Translations under genes and position numbers: made by a program
Shown here: positions 39,531-50,060 of the stretch, piece by piece
Position numbering within the stretch: position 1 is the first letter of the stretch
Layout of the letters: each line of letters begins with the position of its first letter
IMG/VR virus record: IMGVR_UViG_3300047994_000374
Location: 1-64,000 of that record
DNA length: 64,000 bases
Direction: 5' to 3' (one strand)
Notes under the pieces: generated by a model
Database searches by the model: none
The model's input: only the letters and a program-made list of their open reading frames with translations
What the model was told of the DNA's origin: nothing

Positions 39531-39912
39531 GTGCTATCATCACCATCAGCCACTCACTAAAGTCATGGGCTCTGACTGGAATCCCTGCGCTCTTGAATTT
39601 GGATACAATGTTCTTGGAACCCGATGGATTGAAGGAATGAACGATCACTTGTTTCGGTCGATTCGCTTCAGGTAGATTATAAAGAAGGTCAAAAGCCAGC
39701 ATCGATCCATTTCGCTCATCCATTCCGTAGGTGCCTTGAACATAATCACCTAAGTCATGATCAAAGCAGGCGAGATCAATATCGGTCCTCGCTTTAAAGA
39801 TGTCCATGGCTTGATCGTAATTATAGGCGTGAAGGAGCGTATGATCGGCATCCAAGTGCTTCTCTGCCAGGTCATGTCGATAATCTTCGTCGTCTATAAA
39901 AAGAATGATCAT
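39508..39912 (-). CDS. stand-alone receiver-fold protein, cyclic-phosphate-processing (cREC) type
   Basis: LFIDDE...FDHDLG...NG...VHSFNP. Confidence 0.7.
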   Translation of the reverse strand: MIILFIDDEDYRHDLAEKHLDADHTLLHAYNYDQAMDIFKARTDIDLACFDHDLGDYVQGTYGMDERNGSMLAFDLLYNLPEANRPKQVIVHSFNPSGSKNIVSKFKSAGIPVRAHDFSEWLMVMIAHDLHKLF

Positions 39913-39914
39913 TA

Positions 39915-40426
39915 TTAAACTGCAATCTTTTTGGTTAGATACAATACGAGTTCTTCGTCACGAGCTATGTTCCGTGATGCTTTAAGTTCAACTGCCATAT
40001 GGTAATACATTTTATTTGTGGCGTCAAGCAAATGATAGATGGAGGCAAAGTTCGCAATGAAGTTGTCCAAGAACTCATCGGACACTTTGTGATGAATGGG
40101 AAGAGGCGGATCGGAATTAGACTGAGCGCTCACTTTGAGTTGTCCTTTAAATAATTATCTAATCCTAAAAACTCAATACTATCTGCTGTTTGTTGTTTTA
40201 TTAATTTAAATTCTTCAATAGCTCTTCGTTTGAAATCTTTTAATCCATCTAACTCTTTTGCTATCTCCATTAAAGTTTTATGAGGATTAGCGGTTGTGAC
40301 GCCAAAAGCGGATGCACAAGCTTGGCGCCAATCATGAACTTCTTCTTTTGCTTTTTTAATATCATTAGGAAGTCCATAGGCATCATGAGTGTCTTTTTGT
40401 TTTTCTATTTCTTTTTTTGCGCGCAT
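39915..40426 (-). other. two hypothetical ORFs
   Basis: ORF track 39915-40133, 40130-40426. Confidence 0.5.
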
Positions 40427-40430
40427 TGTT

Positions 40431-40919
40431 TTACCAGAATGCTTTCAATTTTAAAAATTTTTCGAATTCTTCTTGTGAATTAACTGGAATTCTTTCACCT
40501 TGATACCACCACTCTTTTCTACCATAATCATAAATTACAGCGGGTCCAAGCTCTCGATGTTTATATTTTGTATCGTAAATATAATCGGTCCCAGTAAGTA
40601 AGTAAAAGATTGTAATACGACCGACCTGCCAATAACTAACGCAGTATACTAAACCATTTTCGATGATGGTTCTATTGGGTTTATATTTATCAGTATCGCT
40701 CCAATAACTATTCATGATTAAAAAAAATGCTTTCAGTTTCATCCATCGCTCAAATTCTTCTTGAGATTTAACTTCAATACGTTGCCCCATATATACCCAA
40801 GTCAATTCACCATTTGGAAGAATTACAGCTGGACCATCTTCCCTATGAATGATATTTTCACTTGAACCTTGAGTGATATAATAAACTATATCACCATTTG
40901 GATATGTATGGGATGGCAT
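40431..40919 (-). CDS. two LHRxxGPA tail-family units fused at a T8 run
   Basis: IHREDGPA...KLKAFF joined to MNSYW...HRELGPA...KLKAFW; 8-nt run at 40720-40727. Confidence 0.75.
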   Translation of the reverse strand: MPSHTYPNGDIVYYITQGSSENIIHREDGPAVILPNGELTWVYMGQRIEVKSQEEFERWMKLKAFFLIMNSYWSDTDKYKPNRTIIENGLVYCVSYWQVGRITIFYLLTGTDYIYDTKYKHRELGPAVIYDYGRKEWWYQGERIPVNSQEEFEKFLKLKAFW

Positions 40920-41243
40920 TTAATTTCTAATAGCCCAACCAATGGATAAAATGAGGCGAGGAACAGCAACTTCTTCTACAGAATGGGGCATAATGTCTGG
41001 ACGAAAGAACTTAATGCGCTTGGTAGAAAAGATCGTGTCCCCTTTGAATTTGTCTTCGCCTTTGAGTAGAATATTAAGGCGATAATGTTTTTTGTTGGGG
41101 ACAGGATCTGTATGAGTAGGAATGTGTGAATGGGAAGGATATTTGATTAAGTATCCATCACAAGAGAGTAGGGCGCTTTGCCATAGGGTTAGTTTGCGAT
41201 AACCTGTGCCTTGACGACCTTCTTGCCAATTAAGTTTGAACAT
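40920..41243 (-). CDS. 2OG-Fe(II) oxygenase-like protein
   Basis: HTD...RLNILL...PHSV...RLILSIG (HxD...H...R). Confidence 0.75.
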   Translation of the reverse strand: MFKLNWQEGRQGTGYRKLTLWQSALLSCDGYLIKYPSHSHIPTHTDPVPNKKHYRLNILLKGEDKFKGDTIFSTKRIKFFRPDIMPHSVEEVAVPRLILSIGWAIRN

Positions 41244-41988
41244 GGTTTGTTTCTAAATGATTTTTAATATATTCAATTCGTATGCCAAGATCATGATCAA
41301 TGCGGTCAAGGTTATATTGCTTCTTGGTGTTTTCAAGTATTAGATCTCTCCACTCTTGAAAATCTTTGATTGATCTCATCTTACCAAATGGCATATGTTG
41401 ACCCACCTGAGCAATAAAGAACGCTGCATTTACTAATATTGTTTCACGCCGTTTATTGCATATCATTCCCAAATTTTGATCCCAATAGTCCTCATAAATC
41501 TTACTCGCATAAAAATTATTAACTAACCTTTGATGCCCGCCTTTAGGATCTATAAAGTGTTTTTGAATAGAAAGCGTTCGCAATTCTCTTACTGCGCCTG
41601 CCAATGGAGGTGTTTTGGTTGAAAGATTTAAAGGCATTCCAAAGTCATTCATCACCCAGCGATTTGGATTTTGCATTTCAATTAAGTGGGAAATCTCATG
41701 AGCCAGTGATGGTTGCGAATATGGGATAAAGAAATTTTTATTATAACAACCCATTACATTATATTTTAACTTATCCTCATATACATATGCTTTTATATTT
41801 TTATCAAATGGTTTGGCTCCATCATAAAATTTAAAGATAGGATCATTGAAATGCTTTTTAAAAATATTTAAAACATTCGCATCTTCAATACCAAAGTTAT
41901 TTGAACTATTATCGATTAGCTCTTTAAAAGAAAAAGATTCGTATTGATCAATTTCTGGATCTAATTTTGATTGTCTATGTTGAATCAT
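41230..41988 (-). CDS. hypothetical protein with an HExxH motif
   Basis: SLAHEISHLIE followed by a downstream E. Confidence 0.6.
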   Translation of the reverse strand: MIQHRQSKLDPEIDQYESFSFKELIDNSSNNFGIEDANVLNIFKKHFNDPIFKFYDGAKPFDKNIKAYVYEDKLKYNVMGCYNKNFFIPYSQPSLAHEISHLIEMQNPNRWVMNDFGMPLNLSTKTPPLAGAVRELRTLSIQKHFIDPKGGHQRLVNNFYASKIYEDYWDQNLGMICNKRRETILVNAAFFIAQVGQHMPFGKMRSIKDFQEWRDLILENTKKQYNLDRIDHDLGIRIEYIKNHLETNHVQT

Positions 41989-42476
41989 TTTAAAAGCTCA
42001 TCAAGTTCAATCCACATAAACGCCTCTCCAAAACCAGTCAGGCGTTGGAGTGCGGATTTAAATGCAGGATACTCTTTTTTATACATAGACAAGAACTTAC
42101 TGTCAGTTGAGTTCCTACAATTGGCGAGACGATCTGCGAGCTTGATGGGGATTGCTTTTGTGTTTTGCGAAAGTTTGTTGAGGATGTTAGCGTTGCGAGC
42201 TTTTCTATTGTGACCAAAGCCACTAACAGCAAAAGCAAGATCAGCTATGACAGATCCGAACAATTCTTCTACTTCTGCTTTAGTAGTGTCAGTATCTTCA
42301 AGAGTATCATGAAGCCAAGCTGCACACATATAGTCTTCACTTGTGTAGCCGAACTCAACAAGAATGTTTCGAACCATCTCCAAGTGGTAGGAGTATGGTT
42401 CGGTTCCATATTGCTGAGAACCGTGAGCTTTGATAGCAAAGGCTTGGGCTTGTTGTTCTTTGGATGATTGGGTCAT
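41985..42476 (-). CDS. HD-domain hydrolase, RelA/SpoT/MESH1-like
   Basis: AHGSQ...PYSYHL...AAWLHDTLEDT...KLADRLAN. Confidence 0.88.
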   Translation of the reverse strand: MTQSSKEQQAQAFAIKAHGSQQYGTEPYSYHLEMVRNILVEFGYTSEDYMCAAWLHDTLEDTDTTKAEVEELFGSVIADLAFAVSGFGHNRKARNANILNKLSQNTKAIPIKLADRLANCRNSTDSKFLSMYKKEYPAFKSALQRLTGFGEAFMWIELDELLK

Positions 42477-42511
42477 GATTATGTTGATATGGATTTTTGT
42501 GAAATGGGAAA

Positions 42512-42944
42512 TTACTCTTTAAAACTCATTGCAAAAGTTCTTGTTGGCTGTCCGCGTGTATCATAAATGGTCATATTTTGAATGCGAATATAAATAAGAA
42601 TAACATCTGGTCCGCCAATTACAGCATAATTTATTTCATCATTATATTTATGATCGTCCAAGTATTTAAAATGTCGCTGAACATGACGTAGAGCAAAATT
42701 TATTTTTGGTTTTACTTTTACTTAAATCTTTTTTATATTGTCGAGATATCCTGCTAAAACTAACAGAGCACTCATCACATATTAATGATATTAACTTTTC
42801 TTTTTTATTGTCATTTGAGCATTTTTTAGAACAAAAAGTTAAGGAATTTTCGCCATAATGTTTGATGGTATATTTGTGATTTTTAAGGTCTCTACTAAAT
42901 TTTAGTTTACAATGAAAACACTGTAACTCTATTTGCTTGGTCAT
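42512..42944 (-). pseudogene. truncated zinc-finger (homing endonuclease-like) gene
   Basis: Two CxxC...FCSxxC repeats ending abruptly; a stop-free stretch in another frame runs to 42512. Confidence 0.5.
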
Positions 42945-43000
42945 GACATATTCCTATGAGGATATATATCAGGCGTTTGTAGAATGTTGTAGAGTCGATC

Positions 43001-43078
43001 TGGTCCCCGGTGTGGATACTGCCTCCACCTAAAACAATTTATAAGATTGTCACCTTGCTACTAGCCAGTCTACCGGGG
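43001..43078 (-). tRNA. atypical tRNA-Ile(TAT) with encoded CCA
   Basis: Acceptor CCCCGGT/ACCGGGG+A+CCA; ACAAT-CTTATAA-ATTGT; T stem GTGGA/TCCAC but loop GGCAGTA. Confidence 0.65.
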
Positions 43079-43122
43079 AAAATATACTACTTCGATGTCG
43101 TTTGATTATTTGGAAATGGGAA

Positions 43123-43749
43123 TTATTTCAAAATAAAATCTTTTTTAATTTGACAGTATGATAAAGTTCCAGACATAATCTGACCAGTTTGATTATCAAT
43201 TTGAATTAAAATTAATTGTAAAATTTGATATAAATCATCCATATCTATATAAAATTGATTTTTAAAATATTGATCGATAGACAAATTATGTCGTCTGGCG
43301 AGTTGTTCAAAATTAGCGTGATCAATTCCGTTTCGTAAAGCAATTACTGTATTGATAATTAATTGAGAGGTAAATGGATTAAAAGATTGAAATAAAGGAT
43401 TTTTATAACCAAAAGCTCGCATAATAAGTTTATCTAAACTTTCTTTTTCCTTAGCGCCAATTGCTGGAACAATTCGTAAAATTCTTTCAATGCCCATACA
43501 AAGACCAGCCGCTTCTAAAAAACACACTTGCCTACCAGTTCTATTTGCAAAATTATAATCTCTTATAAATTTTATCTCATAAATAATATTTTGCATATCC
43601 AAATATGCCTCTTTAAAAGATAAAACTTTTACCATGTCACAATCGCCTTCGTTTTTAAATTCGTTCCAACTCTTAATCACAACATACGCCACACAAATCA
43701 TAGCTGCAACTGGCACAACCAAAAACAATTTCATTGCCATTTCATACAT
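43123..43749 (-). CDS. possible HEPN-domain protein
   Basis: Helical; MGIERILR and LRNGIDH (RNx3H); likely start MVKVLSF at 43635. Confidence 0.45.
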   Translation of the reverse strand: MYEMAMKLFLVVPVAAMICVAYVVIKSWNEFKNEGDCDMVKVLSFKEAYLDMQNIIYEIKFIRDYNFANRTGRQVCFLEAAGLCMGIERILRIVPAIGAKEKESLDKLIMRAFGYKNPLFQSFNPFTSQLIINTVIALRNGIDHANFEQLARRHNLSIDQYFKNQFYIDMDDLYQILQLILIQIDNQTGQIMSGTLSYCQIKKDFILK

Positions 43750-45950
43750 TAAACGTTAATTCCATTAAGAATAAACTTATCAGAATCCATATCAATATAC
43801 AAATGAAAGTCATCATAGGAACAAGCAAGCTGATTATATAGATGGTCCTCACCGTATGTTTCATAGTCTTCGTCAGTTAGTTTCATAAGCTCTTGTTCCA
43901 TCTTCTCTTGAACTTTCTCAAACGAGATCTTCTTTTTGAATGTTCTCTCATACACACAATGATCGAAGTCATTGGTTTCAAAATCATACTCGATAGTCCC
44001 GTCATTGTTCGATCGTTCTTTCAAATAAGAAAGAGCCAATTCTTTTGGAGTAGGTTGCACAGAAGCATTTGCCCAACTTTTTAATTGATTGAGTTTTTCT
44101 TCTAAATCAAATCCATCATGAGCAACCTTCGTCATACAATAAAGATTGCCCTTTTTAATAATCAAAGTTCCACCAGTCATTTGACATTCTCCTTATTGCA
44201 ACATTTATCATGTCCCTTGTGATGAAATCCAATCTTATCACAAAGAGTTTTAAATCGTTCATGCCACTTAGTATGAAGTTGTTTAAAGAACAGTCCAACC
44301 AATGGAAGTGCCGACAAAAACATAAACAAAGCTTCAGTTTCTTGAATACACCAGTGCATAATACACCTATTTCCTACAAACTTCAATAAAGGGAATGAAA
44401 CCCGTTAATGTCATCAAAATAAGTATTAGCACTTATTTCTTACTTTTGGCACTGGGTTCTAAAGAAATGGGAATCACTTCTTCTTGAGCGCCATGAGTTG
44501 CTGGAGCTGATGATCATAGCGTTGAGCTTGACGTTCGTGCTTTCGTTCCACTGCCTTGAGCAATTGATGTCCCTTTTGCTCAATGAGAAAGGTAGTCAGA
44601 CTTTTAGTGGGCTTGGTTCCCTTTGGTCTTGGAGATATAACATGAGTGTGTGGATGCGTATGATCGTTGTGGTCATGATTATGTTCAACTGCTTCTGGTG
44701 ATGCAACTTCATTCTCTTCCACTTCAACTAAAATTTCTTTTTCATTCATTTGTTTTATTCTTTCTTATTTTGTATTTCTGTTTTGTTAAGTATATCTATT
44801 CTAAATAATTTAATAGCTCTGATTTATTCTTTTTTCTTATCTGTCGAATATAAAGCAAAATACATTAGAAAATTCATAAACCAAATTCCTGCGCAGCCCC
44901 AATCCATGTATTTTTCCCAGACTTTTTCATCTGGCAGCTTGGTTGATAATAAAAAGCATCCAACCAAAACCAAACTATTTACAGCTTGAATTGACCACAA
45001 TTTCTGCGTGTGCTTTGAAAAAACCACCCATAAACAAAATAACATAAGGACATCAATTAGTAACCAACTCATGCTTATTCTCGTTCCGTTTCTGTTGTTG
45101 TATAGGCGCCCGAAGCCTTATTGAATAGATGTGCTAACTTTTTCTCTTCTTCTTTGGCACGATAATCCGAATCTAACTCATAAAGAATAAAATCAGATGA
45201 TGCTTCGAACTCTCCAAACTTAACTGTATTTCCATAATCTGTAAAGCCAATCTTTTCAAAGTCTGGTTTTAAAGTTCCCGTTGCATTAAACAAATCAAAT
45301 GGAGCAACAACACAAGTCCTATCGCCACGGAACAAGATAACATGTTCTGATAGAAAATCAACATAGCCAGAACGAATTAATGTTCTTTGACGATCGAATG
45401 GCAGCGCTTCAAGTTCAATTAGCTCTTCTGCTGGTAGCGTTTCAAGACAACCCATATCAGTTTTCATTTTGATTTCACCATATAATCATCTAATTTATAA
45501 TAAACATTACTATCATTGTTTTTAGAAAAATTGAAAGAATTTCCCTCATTATCTTTTAAGAAAATAAAGCGATCATCCTCTCCTACAATTTCATATTTTT
45601 TATTTTTACTGAAAGCGTTCTTTTTATATGTTGATTTGAATAATGATTTAATGCATTTATACATTTGATTTTAGCTTGTCCAATAGTTTAATCGCGGCAT
45701 CCAATCTCTTATCAAACGCCTTTTCTTCCTGCTCCACCTCATACATCAACTTATAAAACATTTCTTGACCATCATCAAAAGCCCTATCAAGATTAGCGCC
45801 CATCTCTCTAAGTTTTGTTCGTGCCCTGCCACCAACACGCATTGCCCACATAGCCTTTTCCCCATCTCTATCGCTCTCTAATGCGCAAATAGTATCGGCA
45901 TAAGCAAGCACTGCCCACCATAATCGCTCGTCGGTATTTTTATCCTTCAT
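43749..45950 (-). other. seven hypothetical ORFs
   Basis: ORF track; includes His-rich 44474-44749 and membrane protein 44824-45072. Confidence 0.55.
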
Positions 45951-45993
45951 TAGTTTATCTTAATCATGGAAACGATCTGTGCAAGTAAAATTT

Positions 45994-46287
45994 TCAATTG
46001 AAGGCAACTAAATTGATCAATCTCTTAATGAACGCTACGCTATCATTAATGGGCACAAAAATATTTATTTTCATTAATTCCTCGTTGCGTTTAAACAATG
46101 TGGTGCTCGTATATTTACTATTGGAAGCCATCTCGTAACCCCCACAAGTTAAATTATAATCTATATCATTAGTATCTCGAGGATGAAGCCAAAGAGTAAA
46201 ATCATGCTCATCAATATTGCCAATGCATTCTTTGGTGTCTAAACGGATATTGAAAATTAGTTCTTTACCACACACGGGACACTTCAT
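45994..46287 (-). CDS. tail-family protein, CxxC/FxP subfamily
   Basis: CPVC; FVPIND; ends KRLINLVAFN. Confidence 0.75.
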   Translation of the reverse strand: MKCPVCGKELIFNIRLDTKECIGNIDEHDFTLWLHPRDTNDIDYNLTCGGYEMASNSKYTSTTLFKRNEELMKINIFVPINDSVAFIKRLINLVAFN

Positions 46288-46616
46288 AGGAACGCTTTCA
46301 ATGAATTAAACTTATCAACCAGCCAATCTAATTTATCCAATGGAATGAAATGATTGAATTTTAGTTTATCGGCATTTAAACTTGCCCTATAACCAACAGA
46401 AGTTTGCTCATCCAATTGATAAGGTTTTTTATGTGAAATAATCTCTATTCCATTTAAATAGGATATGTAGTAATAATAAATTTCATTTTCAGGATCATCT
46501 GCATGGTATGGCGTATGTATAATAGCCCTATGAAATTTGCTACCCGAGGAAGGAGATGTGCACCTATATACTGCAGGATTTCTGGTCATATTAACTTTGC
46601 AAATAGGGCACTTCAT
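46284..46616 (-). CDS. tail-family protein, CxxC/FxP subfamily
   Basis: CPIC; FIPLD; ends KFNSLKAFL. Confidence 0.75.
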   Translation of the reverse strand: MKCPICKVNMTRNPAVYRCTSPSSGSKFHRAIIHTPYHADDPENEIYYYYISYLNGIEIISHKKPYQLDEQTSVGYRASLNADKLKFNHFIPLDKLDWLVDKFNSLKAFL

Positions 46617-46897
46617 AAGAAACTTCCTAATTTTTGATAGCGCATTAATGTTAAGTAAGCAGTATGCACCGAAGTATATTCTTTTGTTTCTGCAATAATA
46701 ATTTCTGATTTTAAACTATCACCTTGCATCATCGTTCTGATATTCGTTTCATTTAAAATGATTGATGACCAAATAATAAGTTTCATTTCATTTATTTTTA
46801 ATGAATAAGTTCCATCACCAAAATAATAAAAGTCATGGCTATCTGGAACAAAACACCTGCTTGAATCCATATCCTTATCACAAGCAACACAATTCAC
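46613..46897 (-). CDS. tail-family protein, CxxC/FxP subfamily
   Basis: CVAC; ends RYQKLGSFL. Confidence 0.75.
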   Translation of the reverse strand: MNCVACDKDMDSSRCFVPDSHDFYYFGDGTYSLKINEMKLIIWSSIILNETNIRTMMQGDSLKSEIIIAETKEYTSVHTAYLTLMRYQKLGSFL

Positions 46898-47184
46898 GAG
46901 AAAGCCCCAAGCCTCATGTATCGTTTTAATAATTCAAAGGACTCTTCAACGGGCACAAATTTATTGAAAGTTATTATTAATTTGTGATGTCTCGAAATAC
47001 TAGTTGCTGCTTTAAAAGGATTTGCCTCATTAGATCTTAAACTATATCCTGTATCATATAAATCCAACGCATACTTACTATCTGATATGTGCAAGAAATG
47101 TTTGCTGCCCATGAAAGAACATTTAAGACTATTAGAATATAAATTGACGGGCGTTAAAACTTTAGAACATACGGAACAGTTCAT
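46894..47184 (-). CDS. tail-family protein, CxxC/FxP subfamily
   Basis: CSVC; FVPVEE; ends RYMRLGAFS. Confidence 0.75.
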   Translation of the reverse strand: MNCSVCSKVLTPVNLYSNSLKCSFMGSKHFLHISDSKYALDLYDTGYSLRSNEANPFKAATSISRHHKLIITFNKFVPVEESFELLKRYMRLGAFS

Positions 47185-47519
47185 AGGAAAGCTCGTAAGT
47201 TAGATGCTCGTTTCATGATTTCTTTTAGTTGATTGGGCGGTGTATAATTTGAAATAATTGTGACTTCTTTTTTGCAGGCGATATCATAATAAATTTTAGT
47301 TGTGTCGCGCTCTTTATTGGACATGATTGTGAATTGAAAAATACCGTCTGGATGATAAGAGAAACCGTAGTTTGGATTGATAGCACCGTCCCTTAGAAAT
47401 GTATGATCAATCTTCATGCAATGCTTCACTGAACTGTAGAATGGAATTTAGTGGTCACAGAACGGACATCTCCCACCTGACAATGGTTCGATTAGTTCTT
47501 TAATTGATTTTATATTCAT
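47181..47519 (-). pseudogene. tail-family gene with a premature TAA
   Basis: MNIKSIK...CPFCDH*IPFYSSVKHC...RASNLRAFL; TAA at 47448-47450. Confidence 0.7.
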
Positions 47520-47524
47520 TTTCG

Positions 47525-47896
47525 TTATCCAAATGTTTGGAGAGTTCTTATTTGATTGTCCGTAATAGTTAATGGGAAAACATAATCGATAAAAATTAAA
47601 TTCTCTACCAAATAGGCGCCTGCGGAATTTTTAATCCAATAGGAGCAAGTAATTTCTTTATCGCCTGGATGAATTCGCCATTCAACCTCATGACTTCCCG
47701 TATCTTTGGCGACAACATAAGCATACCCCATATGAAATATGTTAAAGTTATTTCGATAAATTGTTAGCTTACAGTTACGACATTTTCTTTGTATTTGTAA
47801 AATATTATCATTATCAAATATCACAGTCAATTTCACGCGACAAAGCGGACAAGTTTTACGACGATAGATGTTGCGTAAATTAATTTCTTTGTTCAC
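47525..47896 (-). CDS. tail-family protein, LPxNTPFNIT-related
   Basis: CPLC/CRNC; FPLTIT; ends QIRTLQTFG. Confidence 0.75.
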   Translation of the reverse strand: MNKEINLRNIYRRKTCPLCRVKLTVIFDNDNILQIQRKCRNCKLTIYRNNFNIFHMGYAYVVAKDTGSHEVEWRIHPGDKEITCSYWIKNSAGAYLVENLIFIDYVFPLTITDNQIRTLQTFG

Positions 47897-48213
47897 GAGA
47901 ATGTAATAAATGTTTTAATTTTATCGTTCGTAATATTAAATGGCAACGAGAAGTTTAGATACATATGTCGTTGCTTTTGAATTATTCTACAATCTAACCC
48001 ACCATTTGAGTTTGAATACCATTGAACGATATAGCTATCCATATCTTTTGTTATGCTGTATAGCTCTGTTTTGCTGATTGATTTTGATTTTGTTATGGTA
48101 ATATCACAACTATAACACGCCCGATTGCTTAAAGACCGGCGCATCTTCCCTTTACATACGGGACAAATTTCCGATTCAAAGATTTCTATGATGGTATCGA
48201 TAGTGATATTCAT
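47893..48213 (-). CDS. tail-family protein, LPxNTPFNIT-related
   Basis: CPVC/CYSC; LPFNIT; ends KIKTFITFS. Confidence 0.75.
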   Translation of the reverse strand: MNITIDTIIEIFESEICPVCKGKMRRSLSNRACYSCDITITKSKSISKTELYSITKDMDSYIVQWYSNSNGGLDCRIIQKQRHMYLNFSLPFNITNDKIKTFITFS

Positions 48214-48551
48214 TGGTATGTTAGGATTTTTTTAAGTCGTTCGATACTAATATCAATCGGCAGAGCAAATGGGAAATTAATCTTCCAATCAATATTTTGA
48301 CCAAAGACTTCCGTATAAGAACAAATTGCCGGATTCTCAAAGCCCGTAGACCAAATAATGATGTAGCGCTGCAAGTCTTTACTCATACGAATAGCATAAG
48401 TTCCGTCACCATAACACAACCTCACGATGCGAAACCTACACCGCACACATATTTTATGTATATCGCTACTATGCTTTTGGCTTTTGAGCGGTCGCCATTC
48501 TTTATTACAAAAAGGGCAATCATTTAGATTAAAGACTTCTTCAATGTTCAT
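48210..48551 (-). CDS. tail-family protein, LPxNTPFNIT-related
   Basis: CPFC/CVRC; LPIDIS; ends RLKKILTYQ. Confidence 0.75.
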   Translation of the reverse strand: MNIEEVFNLNDCPFCNKEWRPLKSQKHSSDIHKICVRCRFRIVRLCYGDGTYAIRMSKDLQRYIIIWSTGFENPAICSYTEVFGQNIDWKINFPFALPIDISIERLKKILTYQ

Positions 48552-48859
48552 TCAAAAGTAATTATCGTTTGAATGGTTGATTCTTTTAAATCAACAGGTA
48601 GCTCAAAGTCAATATCAAATGCCCGCTCTCTTTTAAAGATACCACATTGCACTTTATTAAAATCAGGCAAATAAGAATGCCAAATTGCGTAATAATTATC
48701 AAAATGCTTTATCATCTTATATTGTTTACCAATATTTGTGCGCTCAATGGTAATATCACAGTTCTTACACCGCAGAGGATAATAAACAGAGAACGCATTA
48801 GAAAATTCTTCATTGCAATTGGGACAGCACTTACTATCAAATATTTCTTTTAAATTCAT
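48548..48859 (-). CDS. tail-family protein, LPxNTPFNIT-related
   Basis: CPNC/CKNC; LPVDL; ends TIQTIITFE. Confidence 0.75.
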   Translation of the reverse strand: MNLKEIFDSKCCPNCNEEFSNAFSVYYPLRCKNCDITIERTNIGKQYKMIKHFDNYYAIWHSYLPDFNKVQCGIFKRERAFDIDFELPVDLKESTIQTIITFE

Positions 48860-49182
48860 GAGAATGTAAGAATTGTTTTGATCTTTGTTTCAGTAATGTT
48901 CATTGGAAGTTCATACTCGATGGTTTGAATGGGCGGAGGGTTAATTCTAATAAAGTTCGAGACGATATCATTCTCATCCTCACGCCAAATAACCGAATGC
49001 TCTTTAAAGTCCCTGAACATAAGATATCTACGCTTGGTCATATACTTCCACTTCCACCATTCAATTGTGAAGTGGCATTGCCAACAGTTCTTTTTGTTCT
49101 TCTTTTTACCAGAAAGATGCATTTTCTTATGGCAGATGGGGCAGTTCTTACGAGCGAATACATTCTTTAGTTTGATGGTCAT
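48856..49182 (-). CDS. tail-family protein, LPxNTPFNIT-related
   Basis: CPIC/CWQC; LPMNIT; ends KIKTILTFS. Confidence 0.75.
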   Translation of the reverse strand: MTIKLKNVFARKNCPICHKKMHLSGKKKNKKNCWQCHFTIEWWKWKYMTKRRYLMFRDFKEHSVIWREDENDIVSNFIRINPPPIQTIEYELPMNITETKIKTILTFS

Positions 49183-49332
49183 GGTTTTAATTTCGGGCGT
49201 TTCTACAATACGCGCATTGACAATCGCCTTCTTGCCACCACGAAGAGTTCATAATCAATTCGCAGATGGAGTGAAAATGATGTCGTAAGATGTAGTTGTC
49301 GAACTTGTCGGCGATGTGGATTAGGTATGATT

Positions 49333-50049
49333 TCATTTAGTTAAATATAAACTATGACTTACCGAATAATATGGTTCCGTCGAATGCTCTGTATATCCTA
49401 ATGGAAGAATAAAGTTAGCCACTTCATCCTTAATTGACCCGCGTTTAAACAAATGATTTTCTACTGTGATGTTTGGTTTAAGTTCGGTGATGAGTTGTTT
49501 GGCTCCGTTTAATAACCCAACTTCTGCGCCCTCGACATCTACCTTCATCCAAATTTTATTAAAAGATTTCGGATCATTTTCTTTTAAAAATACATCTTGA
49601 TACCAACTATCTAGTGTGGAAACCTTAATAAAGAAGTCAGGATTAGGAACTTGACTTGGCATTTTATCATAAAAAATTTGTGTAGTTGTGTCAAGATATC
49701 CTTCTTTATCATAGAATCCTGTATCATAAACGGTTCCTTTATCTTGCCATCCATTTAATCGCAAAGACTCTTTAAGAAAAATTTGTTCTTTCGCATCGCC
49801 ACAGCCAGCTTCAGGACTCCATGAATATGTTTTAGAAGCACCCTGGAACAAAGCCGTTAAAGTATATGAACCATAAGCAGCTCCAACATCCAATACGCAA
49901 TCGTTAGGCTGAATGTTCCAAATTCGTTCTCTAACATTCGCCTCATCAAAATGCGAATACCAACTTGGATGATTTTGAATAGAAGTAATGTAAGCTAATT
50001 TGTATGAGCCATCTTTATATTTAACATCTTGAATTAAATGATCTTGCAT
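49333..50049 (-). CDS. FkbM-family methyltransferase
   Basis: VLDVGAAYGSYT, MKVDVEGAE. Confidence 0.88.
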   Translation of the reverse strand: MQDHLIQDVKYKDGSYKLAYITSIQNHPSWYSHFDEANVRERIWNIQPNDCVLDVGAAYGSYTLTALFQGASKTYSWSPEAGCGDAKEQIFLKESLRLNGWQDKGTVYDTGFYDKEGYLDTTTQIFYDKMPSQVPNPDFFIKVSTLDSWYQDVFLKENDPKSFNKIWMKVDVEGAEVGLLNGAKQLITELKPNITVENHLFKRGSIKDEVANFILPLGYTEHSTEPYYSVSHSLYLTK

Positions 50050-50060
50050 TTTTATTTCCT

